This document shows positions 17,475-26,156 of a stretch of 34,372 nt of DNA, piece after piece (position 1 is the first letter of the stretch; each line of letters starts with the position of its first letter). The DNA comes from Thermodesulfobacteriota bacterium (lineage in GTDB: Bacteria > Desulfobacterota_D > UBA1144). The notes under the pieces were generated by a model. The model was not told the DNA's origin and did no database searches. It worked only from the letters and a program-made list of their open reading frames with translations. The DNA lies in NCBI GenBank assembly GCA_029246845.1, contig JAQWMJ010000021.1:1-34372 (forward strand), written 5' to 3'. The translations under genes were made by a program, and so were the position numbers.

Positions 17475-18838
17475 TCTAAAATTTTAGACTCTAGGGCTTT
17501 CTCGGCATCTGAACTTAGCGTAACTGCTATAACATAGTCGCCCTTTAGAACCTTCCCTTCATCTGGGTCCAATATTAAAGTCTCATCATCCTTTTCTCTT
17601 AAAACAAATGCAAGGGAAATATCCTCATAAATCTTTTCTACTGCCAGATCCTCTTTAGCTTTAAATTCAAAAATCTTAGTATTCTCATCAACAATAGTCT
17701 CGTGGGAATAACTCTTTCGCATTAAATATGAATTAATTTCTCCAGAGACAGAAAATTTTGTGTTAATTTCTCTTTCGGCACCAATACTATTGATAACATT
17801 CTGATATTCAGATTTTGAATACACCACTAAAGAGTTTTTTGCCTTAAGTTTGTTTGAAAGTAGAGCGCTTAAGACATTAATTTCATCATCATCAGTTAGG
17901 GCTAAGAAATAGTCACACTCCTCTCCAACCCCATTATCTTTTAGAAGATCTTCATTTGTAGGCTCACCCAAGATTATTTGAACATCACTCAACTCTTCTG
18001 ATAATTCTCGTGCACGAGATTTATCGGAAACTATCAACTTAACATTGCACTTTCTTCTAACTAATTTTTGTGCAACGTTTGATGCAATGTAACTTCCTCC
18101 AACAATAAAAATATTACTTAACTCGGTATCTTCGGTAGAAAAATATGTTTCCTCAAACTCTCTTTCCGAATCACATGTAACAACAGTTAGAACAATATCA
18201 TTCTTTTTCAATCTGGTCGCTGGACCATCTGACTTGATAAAATTGAGCTTTTGGCTTTCGGGGTCCTCTGTAACCGCAAGAAACTTCCATTTGTTTGTAC
18301 CATCTTTGTTTAGAGAATAAATCGACTTTCCAAGTAATGGGCTAGTTTCATCGATTTTTATTTTTAAAAAGAGAATTTTTGAATCTGCTATCTTGTCTGT
18401 TTCCCACGAATATGGGGTCTCAAATAGATTCATGATTTTCTCGGATACGATGTCACCTTGATAAAAAGTTTTCATCTCAGGAAAACCGACCTTTCCAGGA
18501 TAATCCTTATATTTATTATTTTTCAAAATTACAAGTGTTTGTATTCCAGGTACAGACTCAAAATACATAGCGGTCAAAAGATTTAACTTGTCATCATTAG
18601 TGCAAGCAATAAAAAAATCAACAGAGCTTAGATCTATTTCTTCAAATATATTTAAGTCTGCTGAATCTCCGCAAATTGTTTTTATATCAAGCTTATTCTT
18701 AGTTTGAATTTGATTAATTTTATTTATGTCTCTATCAATAAGAGTTACATTGTTCTCTGAGGACAACTCTTCGCATAAAAATCCACCAGTTGATCCTGCA
18801 CCCAAAATTACTATGTTGTTTGATTTAGAATTAGCCAT
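17471..18838 (-). CDS. trkA: Trk potassium uptake regulatory subunit (tandem RCK domains)
   Basis: N-terminal ILGAGSTG, FIACTNDDKLNL and second RCK FLALTDDDEINVLSALL; overlaps trkH by 4 bp. Confidence 0.88.
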   Translation of the reverse strand: MANSKSNNIVILGAGSTGGFLCEELSSENNVTLIDRDINKINQIQTKNKLDIKTICGDSADLNIFEEIDLSSVDFFIACTNDDKLNLLTAMYFESVPGIQTLVILKNNKYKDYPGKVGFPEMKTFYQGDIVSEKIMNLFETPYSWETDKIADSKILFLKIKIDETSPLLGKSIYSLNKDGTNKWKFLAVTEDPESQKLNFIKSDGPATRLKKNDIVLTVVTCDSEREFEETYFSTEDTELSNIFIVGGSYIASNVAQKLVRRKCNVKLIVSDKSRARELSEELSDVQIILGEPTNEDLLKDNGVGEECDYFLALTDDDEINVLSALLSNKLKAKNSLVVYSKSEYQNVINSIGAEREINTKFSVSGEINSYLMRKSYSHETIVDENTKIFEFKAKEDLAVEKIYEDISLAFVLREKDDETLILDPDEGKVLKGDYVIAVTLSSDAEKALESKILE

Positions 18839-18860
18839 TTTTTTAGCCCAGGGCTAAGTT

Positions 18861-19439
18861 TTAATATAGTCGTATATTTAATCCCACTAATGCTGTAAAA
18901 AAGAATTCCTTATGGTCAAAATCAAAACTATTGTTAATATAAGTATGAGCTCCAATACTAACTTTCTCTGATAATACGTAGTCAAAACCAGCTCCAACGA
19001 CAGTCAACATTGAGGAGTCATTATCATCATTATCCTTTTCTCTGTCATCAACTAAAACTCCAATACCGGCTTCAATTGAAGGAACTACTTTAGGGTTAGT
19101 GCTAGGTAGTATCTTTTTTATATTTCCAGTAACACCAATTAGAGTTTGATTATCTCCTTCGACATATTGAACTACTGGTCCAATATATAAATCATCTTTA
19201 TAAGGCAAATCAAGCCTAGTAGTCAAGCTCCATCCGCCAGGACTTTGAGACAAACCCCCACCTATTGTAAAAATTGGTGATGGCCCATAAGTTTCGTTGT
19301 AATTAAACTGTTCTTTTTTATCTGACCCTGATTTAGAAGAAGGATAATCTACTTCTTGAACTTCTTTGGCAGTAGTAAGTATAGTTGTTCCCAAGAATAA
19401 TGCTGCTACAAAAATAATTAATGTTTTAAAAAAATTCAT
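18861..19439 (-). CDS. Small outer membrane beta-barrel protein (about 8 strands)
   Basis: Signal peptide; strands PSIEAGIG and VVGAGFDYVLSEKVSIG; C-terminal aromatic GLNIRLY; SD GAGGT. Confidence 0.7.
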   Translation of the reverse strand: MNFFKTLIIFVAALFLGTTILTTAKEVQEVDYPSSKSGSDKKEQFNYNETYGPSPIFTIGGGLSQSPGGWSLTTRLDLPYKDDLYIGPVVQYVEGDNQTLIGVTGNIKKILPSTNPKVVPSIEAGIGVLVDDREKDNDDNDSSMLTVVGAGFDYVLSEKVSIGAHTYINNSFDFDHKEFFFTALVGLNIRLY

Positions 19440-19484
19440 AAATGACCTCTTTTTTACAGATTATTTAACTTAAAATGTTCATTG

Positions 19485-21203
19485 TCAAGCTTCTGTTAAA
19501 TCTCGAATCACCAAAGTTATGCTGGTGTTTCCATTATAAGTATCTTTTTGTATTGTATAAAGGACATTAATCATTTTACCCACTAAAGTATTAGGATTTT
19601 GACCTTTTAAGATATCTTTATTATAAAAAAACCACAATGCTCTTCTCTTAGTATTCTTATCAACTAGATCGATCTCTAAGTGCTTATCCTTTAAAATATT
19701 AACACTGACAACTTCTACGCTAGATGAAAGAAAAACCGGGGGATGATTTTCTTTTCCAAAGGGCTCAATTCTTTCAATGTCTTTGAAGAATTCATTGTTA
19801 ATTTCCGAAAAACTGATCTCCATATCGACATCTAAAGTCTCAGAAAAATTATAGTCGTAATCTTCTATTGTATCTTCAAATAAGCCTTTAAACTTATCAA
19901 TTTGATCCAAGTTGATTGTAATACCTGCAGCACCTGCATGTCCCCCAAACTGAATAAGTGATGAGTCACAATTCTTTAACACTTCAAAAAGATTAATATT
20001 ATTGCTCGTTCTCAAGCTACCTTTTCCTAAATCACCATTAATCGAAATAACTGCACAGGGTCTATGGAATTTTTCAACCATCTTAGAGGCAACAATTCCT
20101 ATAACTCCCGGATGCCAGCCAGTGGAAGACAAAACAAGTGAGTTAATATTGGGATTTTCTTTTATCTTTGCTTCTGCTTGGATTAAAGCTTGCTCTGTTA
20201 CATCATCCTGAATAATTCTTCTTTTCTTATTGTCCTGATCAATTATTGCCAAAAGGGAGTCTACATTAGCCTTTTCACTTTCAATTAATAGCCTAACTGC
20301 ATTGGAAGCCTTACCGACTCTTCCTGTTGCATTAATTTTTGGAGCTATTCCAAAAGAAACGTCTCTGGCCGTATATACAGACTTATCTTTTTTTAATAAT
20401 GCTTGAAGTCCTAATCTCTTTGTTTTAGGAATCTCTTTCAAACCATTGTGGACGAAAATTCTGTTAACACCTAATATAGGCATACTATCTGCTATCGTTC
20501 CAATTGCTACCAGATCTAAATATCTTGCTAGATTAGGCTCTTCTACAAATTCGAAATATCCCCCCTCTCTCATCTTATGTCTTAAGGCCATTATTATATT
20601 AAATACAACGCCAGCAGCACAAATCTCCTTAAAAGGGTACTCGCAACCCTTTTGTTTTGGGTTAACAATTGAATAAGAGTCAGGTTCAATTTCTGGAACA
20701 GTGTGATGATCGGTAATTAAAAAATCTAAATCTAGCTCCTTACAATTTTCAACTAGTTCATTCTCAGAAATTCCACAGTCGGTTGAAATTATTAATCTCG
20801 TCCCATTTTTTGCTAAGTTTTTAATTGATTCAAAGTTAATTCCATATCCTTCTTCAATTCTTTCAGGTATATAAAATTCGATGTTTGCATCTACACTTTT
20901 AAGAAAGCTGTACAATATTGTAGTCGAAGTAACACCATCACAATCAAAATCTCCATAAACTACAATTTTTTCACTACTATCAATAGCAGCAATAATTCTA
21001 TCTATTGTTTTAGTCATGCCCTTAAGTAAAAAAGGGTTTGGAAGTTTGTCGAGATTCGGATTTAAAAAAATATCTGCTTCAACTAAGTTGCTGACCTTCC
21101 TATTAACCAAGAAAGTAGATAACATAGCGGATATATCAAGCTTAGAAGAAAATAGCTCGACAATTTTATTGTCAGGATTTCTTAAATTCCATGAATCATT
21201 CAT
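19485..21203 (-). CDS. recJ: Single-stranded DNA exonuclease RecJ
   Basis: YGDFDCDGVTS, PERIEEGYG, TDCG, TDHH, GTIAD, APKINATGR, HPGVIGIVAS and GGHAGAAG. Confidence 0.97.
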   Translation of the reverse strand: MNDSWNLRNPDNKIVELFSSKLDISAMLSTFLVNRKVSNLVEADIFLNPNLDKLPNPFLLKGMTKTIDRIIAAIDSSEKIVVYGDFDCDGVTSTTILYSFLKSVDANIEFYIPERIEEGYGINFESIKNLAKNGTRLIISTDCGISENELVENCKELDLDFLITDHHTVPEIEPDSYSIVNPKQKGCEYPFKEICAAGVVFNIIMALRHKMREGGYFEFVEEPNLARYLDLVAIGTIADSMPILGVNRIFVHNGLKEIPKTKRLGLQALLKKDKSVYTARDVSFGIAPKINATGRVGKASNAVRLLIESEKANVDSLLAIIDQDNKKRRIIQDDVTEQALIQAEAKIKENPNINSLVLSSTGWHPGVIGIVASKMVEKFHRPCAVISINGDLGKGSLRTSNNINLFEVLKNCDSSLIQFGGHAGAAGITINLDQIDKFKGLFEDTIEDYDYNFSETLDVDMEISFSEINNEFFKDIERIEPFGKENHPPVFLSSSVEVVSVNILKDKHLEIDLVDKNTKRRALWFFYNKDILKGQNPNTLVGKMINVLYTIQKDTYNGNTSITLVIRDLTEA

Positions 21204-21208
21204 TAATA

Positions 21209-21640
21209 TTATTTATTTATATCACTTAAGGCATCTAATGCCATTAAATATCCTTGGTGGCCGAACCCTGATATAACGCCAAGTGCAATAGACGATACAT
21301 ATGAATTCTGTCTAAAATCTTCTCTGCTAAATATATTAGAAAGGTGTACTTCAATAAACCTTGCTTTAACAGCTAAAAGCGCATCTCTTATTGCAATACT
21401 TGTATGAGTAAAAGCCGCGGGATTAATTACAATATAGTCTACCAAGCCAGAAGATTCCTGAATTCTTGAAACAATTTTACCTTCTTCATTTGATTGAAAA
21501 AAATCAACTTGTATATTCATTTTATCAGCCTTCTTCTGTATTAAGGAATTTATTTCACTCAGTGTAAGTTGTCCATATAAGGACTCTTCTCTTTCTCCTA
21601 ACATATTCAAATTAGGACCATTTAAAAATAATATCTTCAT
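21209..21640 (-). CDS. aroQ: Type II 3-dehydroquinate dehydratase
   Basis: NGPNLNMLGERE..YG, FQSNEEG, INPAAFTHTSIAIRDA and EVHLSNIFSRE. Confidence 0.97.
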   Translation of the reverse strand: MKILFLNGPNLNMLGEREESLYGQLTLSEINSLIQKKADKMNIQVDFFQSNEEGKIVSRIQESSGLVDYIVINPAAFTHTSIAIRDALLAVKARFIEVHLSNIFSREDFRQNSYVSSIALGVISGFGHQGYLMALDALSDINK

Positions 21641-21683
21641 TTTTTAAGATTAAAGGAAAAAAGAAACTATGTACAATGATAAT

Positions 21684-23204
21684 TTATTTGAAAATCATTC
21701 TTAATTCACTTAGCCTTAGCACTCTTGAAATCATATAAAAAATTCCAGCTGAAAAAAGTATGGTAAAAATTAGACCCATAGTAATACTGCTTCCATGGAA
21801 AATAAACTGACTTGCATTTGATCCAAAAAAAAGAGACACACCTGATATCAATAGAATTATTATTAAATATTTGAAAAAATTTAGTATTTCAATTCCAACA
21901 ATTAAAGTTTTTAATTTAAATATAAGCATGCAAAATAAGAAGATTGATGATATAGATGAGGCTAATGCAAGACCAAAAAATCCTAAGTTAAAATAGAAGC
22001 CGAGGATATAACAAAGTAAAAAATTTACACCTAAATTATAAGCTCCAAATATAACAGGTAGCTTAGTATTTTTTGTTGCATAGAAACCTTGAGTAACAAG
22101 CCTTACCCCTGCGACAAAAATTAATCCAAACGAGTAAGCCAATAATGCCTTATATGTCATATATGAATCATCAACCGTAAACTCACCTCGTGCATACAAA
22201 ACATTACATATATCTTGTCCAATAAAAATAAAAGCAAGTACAAAAGGGGCTGAAAGAAAAAGTAAAAAATTTAATTTTTCATTAATTGTTCTGGAAAAAT
22301 CAGAATAGTTCTTTTTCAAATACTGTCCACTAAGAACTGGCAATACGGTTGTAGCAACGGAAACTGCAAAAATTCCCAAAGGAAACTCTATGAGTCTTTC
22401 AGCTAGATACAGATATGTAATAGAGCCCTTTTCCATGAATGAAGCAAATTGAGTGTTAACCAAGATGTTAATATTATAAACCGCTAAACCAAAGATCTGA
22501 GGGAAGACTACTTTAAATATTTCTTTTGTTTTAGGATTAATACAATTGTTAAGATTAAAGTTGTAAGAAAGATTATTTCTTAAAATAAACGGTATCTGAA
22601 ATAAGTACTGAAGTAGTGCCCCAAAAAGAACCGCATAAGAAAGTACATAAATGCTTAAAGAGAAATAAAAAGATGAGATTAAAACTATTAAAATAATGCC
22701 TGCGTTCATTAGAACTGGTGAAAAGGCTGGAGCATTAAACTTTTGAGCTGAATTCAAAAGGCCCATATTTAATGCGGACAGTGAAATTAAAAATAAGAAA
22801 GGGGACATTCTTTTAAGTAAATTAGCAGATAGTTCTTTTGTTACTTCGTCAAAACCAAAGGCAAAAATACTAACAAGTTCAGTAGAAAAATAATAAAAAA
22901 TTCCAGTGATTAACAAAAGCCCAATAAAGACAATGGTGAATATATTATCTCTTAGAATCTTAAAAGCATTTCTATCATTAGCGGTTTGTGCTTCCGTGAA
23001 AAAGGGTACAAAAGTTGTACTCAATGTACCTTCAGCTAATAATCGTCTAAATAGATTTGGTATTCGGTATGCAACATAAAAAGCATCGGTTTCTAAGTTT
23101 GCACCAAAGAAGAAGGTTATTATTAAATCTCGAACATATCCAAGAACCCTACTGATAAAAGTAAGAATTCCAACTTTTATGGAGGAAGAGAATAAGTTGA
23201 ATAT
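21684..23204 (-). CDS. murJ: Lipid II flippase MurJ (MviN); start codon non-canonical or frameshifted
   Basis: The frame extends 60 codons upstream of the listed start (IFNLFSSSIKVGILTFISRVLGYVRD...DAFYVAYRIPNLFRRLLAEG), the conserved MurJ N-terminus. Also YLAERLIEFPLGIF and GLALASS. Confidence 0.95.
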   Translation of the reverse strand: MFNLFSSSIKVGILTFISRVLGYVRDLIITFFFGANLETDAFYVAYRIPNLFRRLLAEGTLSTTFVPFFTEAQTANDRNAFKILRDNIFTIVFIGLLLITGIFYYFSTELVSIFAFGFDEVTKELSANLLKRMSPFLFLISLSALNMGLLNSAQKFNAPAFSPVLMNAGIILIVLISSFYFSLSIYVLSYAVLFGALLQYLFQIPFILRNNLSYNFNLNNCINPKTKEIFKVVFPQIFGLAVYNINILVNTQFASFMEKGSITYLYLAERLIEFPLGIFAVSVATTVLPVLSGQYLKKNYSDFSRTINEKLNFLLFLSAPFVLAFIFIGQDICNVLYARGEFTVDDSYMTYKALLAYSFGLIFVAGVRLVTQGFYATKNTKLPVIFGAYNLGVNFLLCYILGFYFNLGFFGLALASSISSIFLFCMLIFKLKTLIVGIEILNFFKYLIIILLISGVSLFFGSNASQFIFHGSSITMGLIFTILFSAGIFYMISRVLRLSELRMIFK

Positions 23205-23259
23205 TTTTTTTCACCTCTTTACTTGGCAATATTACCAATTAAAATTATAAATTATTCTA

Positions 23260-24192
23260 ATGGAAAAAAATATAAGGCAGCTCGACGACATAATATGGCA
23301 ACTTGACTTAAAAATTGATAATGAAACTGAGTTTATTGCACCATACTTAATTAAAGCTCAAGAAGATTATATCATAGTTGATGTTGGTCCAACATGTGGA
23401 ATACCTGAACTTGTAAGACAACTAAAAATTCTAGGGGTCGATAAATCAAATTTAAAATATGTTTTTTTAACACACATTCATTTAGATCATTCCGGGGGAC
23501 TTGGAACTTTTATGCAATCTTTTCCAGATACTCAGATAATAGTTCACAGAAGGGGGACTCCTCATTTAGTAGATCCCGATAAAGTTTTATGGCAGTCATC
23601 CCTAGACACTTTAGGCTGGGTAGCCGAAATGTATCAAAAACCTGTTCCAGTCAAGGAAGAGAATATAATTTCTATTCATGACAAAACTTTTAATATTAAA
23701 GTTAATAATCTAGAATTTAATTGGATTGAGACTCCTGGCCATGCAAGTCACCACTTTAGTTTTATGTTAGAGAATAAAAATATTATGTTTTGTGGAGATT
23801 CCGTTGGAATGCTTGTACCAAGTCTAGATTTTGCTATGGTACCAACAACACCTCATCCATATAGAATAGAATCAGGTATAGCTTCTATAAAGTTGATGCT
23901 AGAAAGATCTCCTGAAAAACTTGGTTTCGCTCATCATGCAATTAGGGGAGAGGGTGTAAGTCTCCTTAACAAACATATCGCACAACTTCAACTTTGGGAA
24001 AGCTGTGTTTCAAGTTGCCTAGATAAAGATATTCAAGATGAAGAGGAAATCGGAGTAGAAATTGCGAAAGTAGATAAAGAGTCTGCTCGGCTAATTAATG
24101 GTCCAGAAGAATTCGGTGGTCTTCGAAAAGCTTTAATTGGTAGTATCACTGGCTTTAAAAACTTGGTTATTAAAAAAGAATCTGATTCTTAA
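23260..24192 (+). CDS. Metallo-beta-lactamase-fold hydrolase
   Basis: IVDVG, LTHIHLDHSGG (HxHxDH), TPGHASHH, FCGDS and FAH. Confidence 0.9.
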   Translation: MEKNIRQLDDIIWQLDLKIDNETEFIAPYLIKAQEDYIIVDVGPTCGIPELVRQLKILGVDKSNLKYVFLTHIHLDHSGGLGTFMQSFPDTQIIVHRRGTPHLVDPDKVLWQSSLDTLGWVAEMYQKPVPVKEENIISIHDKTFNIKVNNLEFNWIETPGHASHHFSFMLENKNIMFCGDSVGMLVPSLDFAMVPTTPHPYRIESGIASIKLMLERSPEKLGFAHHAIRGEGVSLLNKHIAQLQLWESCVSSCLDKDIQDEEEIGVEIAKVDKESARLINGPEEFGGLRKALIGSITGFKNLVIKKESDS

Positions 24193-24395
24193 ATTATTTT
24201 AAGATTAATCCATTTGCTAATTTCATTAACTATCTCTATGTTACTTTTTACCAGTTCTTTTGTAGTAAAAATTGATATTTCCTCTGGTATACCTCTATTA
24301 GATCTTGGCCATCCCATATGTTGATGTAGAGAGTAAAGAAATTGAAACTTTACAATTTCCTTTCTTTTTTCCAATTTAATCCTTAAGGTTGCCAC
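24189..24395 (-). CDS. Hypothetical 68-aa protein
   Basis: Fills the gap between the MBL gene and the mraZ promoter, with a 4-bp convergent stop overlap like purH/tolC. GTG start, no clear SD, no recognised motif. Confidence 0.4.
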   Translation of the reverse strand: MATLRIKLEKRKEIVKFQFLYSLHQHMGWPRSNRGIPEEISIFTTKELVKSNIEIVNEISKWINLKII

Positions 24396-24415
24396 GACAC
24401 TACTTTATCATAGCC

Positions 24416-24444
24416 TTGACTTTAATTATAAATATTAATAAAAT
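24416..24444 (+). promoter_or_regulatory. Sigma70-type promoter of the dcw cluster (Pmra)
   Basis: TTGACT (24416-24421), 17 nt, TAAAAT (24439-24444). Confidence 0.7.
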
Positions 24445-24491
24445 TAGATATAAGGCGTATTTTGTCATTTTTTGGCATATATGAGGTTATT

Positions 24492-24929
24492 ATGTTTAGA
24501 GGGCAGTTTATTCACAAAATTTCTGGTACTGGAAGAATCAGTGTGCCTTCTAAATTCAGAGATAACCTAAAGAAGAAATATAAAACTAATCACCTAATAT
24601 TATCAACTTTTGAAAATTCAATAATCTGTTACCCACTTCCTGAATGGAACAAGCTAGAAGATAAAATTGCCAAGCTTCCACAATTCAAAAAAGAGACAGT
24701 TGAATTTGAAAGATATTTAATAGGCAATGCTCACGAATCAGAGATAGATAGTGAAGGAAGAATAATGGTGCCTGGCATATTAAGAAAGAAATTTAATATA
24801 AACAACTCGGCGATTTTTGTTGGGATGCTATCAAGATTTGAGATATGGTCAGAAAAAGATTGGAAAAAAGATTTAGCTAACAGTTTTAAAAAGTTTCAAA
24901 AAAGTAGGGAGGTAATAGATGAAATCTGA
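24492..24929 (+). CDS. mraZ: Division/cell wall cluster transcriptional regulator MraZ
   Basis: MFRGQF..GRISVPSKFR, YPLPEW, DSEGRI and RFEIWS. Start reassigned to ATG 24492 (SD GAGG at 24483-24486). Confidence 0.96.
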   Translation: MFRGQFIHKISGTGRISVPSKFRDNLKKKYKTNHLILSTFENSIICYPLPEWNKLEDKIAKLPQFKKETVEFERYLIGNAHESEIDSEGRIMVPGILRKKFNINNSAIFVGMLSRFEIWSEKDWKKDLANSFKKFQKSREVIDEI

Positions 24930-25836
24930 TTACCACTTTACGGTTATGAAAAAAGAAGCAGTAGAAAATTTAAATTTAAAAAGCAATGGAACTTATCTTG
25001 ATGCAACCCTAGGTATGGGTGGACACACTATAGAAATAACGAATACAAGAAATGATATAAATAAAATTATTTGTATTGATGCTGACTATAACTCATTGGA
25101 GATAGCCAAATTAAGATTAGCTAAATCTAAAAATAAAATAGAGTTTATATGCGGAAACTTTAGTGACATAGATAAACTTATAAATGAGAAAGTAGATGGA
25201 GTAATATTAGACTTGGGTATATCAACATATCAACTCCTTAATATCAAAAGAGGTTTTAGTTTTAAAAAAGGTAACAAACTTGATATGAGGATAAATCAAA
25301 ATCAAGAACTCACCGCTCACAAAATCATTAATACATATTCTGTAAAAGAACTTTCTGAACTCTTGATGAATTATGGTGAAGAAAAAAATCATTTTCAGAT
25401 TGCTTCTGAGATTGCAAGACAAAGATCAAAGAAAGAGATAACAACAAGTGATGAGTTAACAGAAATTGTTGGAAGAATCAATAAAAGTTCATCGAACATA
25501 GAGCCATCGACACGAACTTTTCAAGCTCTCAGAATAGCTGTTAATAACGAGTTAGAGGCCATTGTGAAGTTTTTGGAAAAAAGTGAGAAGATTCTTAATA
25601 AAGGTGGAAGACTCGTGATAATAACCTTCCATTCTTTAGAAGATAGGATTGTTAAAAAATTCTTTAAACTTTCGGAATCAAAATGCACCTGTCCGCCAAC
25701 CAAAATGAGTTGCGACTGTAACAAGAAGCAAACATTCAAAATTATTACAAAGAGACCCCTCAAACCAACTAAAAATGAAGTACTACTAAACCCTAGCTCC
25801 AGAAGTGCAAAAATGAGAATAGGAGAGGCATTATAA
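24919..25836 (+). CDS. rsmH: 16S rRNA m4C1402 methyltransferase
   Basis: DATLGMGGH, DLGISTYQL, LDMR, TFQALRIAVNNEL, TFHSLEDRIVK and SRSAKMR. Confidence 0.97.
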   Translation: MKSDYHFTVMKKEAVENLNLKSNGTYLDATLGMGGHTIEITNTRNDINKIICIDADYNSLEIAKLRLAKSKNKIEFICGNFSDIDKLINEKVDGVILDLGISTYQLLNIKRGFSFKKGNKLDMRINQNQELTAHKIINTYSVKELSELLMNYGEEKNHFQIASEIARQRSKKEITTSDELTEIVGRINKSSSNIEPSTRTFQALRIAVNNELEAIVKFLEKSEKILNKGGRLVIITFHSLEDRIVKKFFKLSESKCTCPPTKMSCDCNKKQTFKIITKRPLKPTKNEVLLNPSSRSAKMRIGEAL

Positions 25837-26156
25837 TGAAGGCCAGTTCGATACTACTTGAGAGGAATAAAACTCAAATAATTTCAATGCTAAAGGGTGC
25901 AAGTAAAACCATAGTAGTTGCTGCATTGAGCTTGCTTTTATTAATTTCAATAATAGGTCTCAAAGCTTTTAAGACCGAGCTAGGCTATAAATTAACAGAA
26001 TCTAAGAATACTTACTCTAAGGTCTTAATGGAAAACAAGAGACTTGAAAGTCTAACTCTTCAATTAAAATCTCATGAAAGAATTGAATCATTAGCAAGAA
26101 AGAATAGTATGAAATTCCCTAACCAGAGAGATTTAATAAAGATTAATAATGAATAA
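25836..26156 (+). CDS. ftsL: Cell division protein FtsL
   Basis: Single TM segment followed by coiled coil ending ERIESLARKNSMKFP; located between rsmH and ftsI. Confidence 0.85.
   Translation: MKASSILLERNKTQIISMLKGASKTIVVAALSLLLLISIIGLKAFKTELGYKLTESKNTYSKVLMENKRLESLTLQLKSHERIESLARKNSMKFPNQRDLIKINNE

Noticed and set aside
21684..23214. murJ as a pseudogene
   Set aside because: The frame is intact for 506 codons with conserved motifs; only the start is anomalous.
24462..24491. TTG-started extension of mraZ
   Set aside because: The canonical MFRG start with an SD is at 24492.
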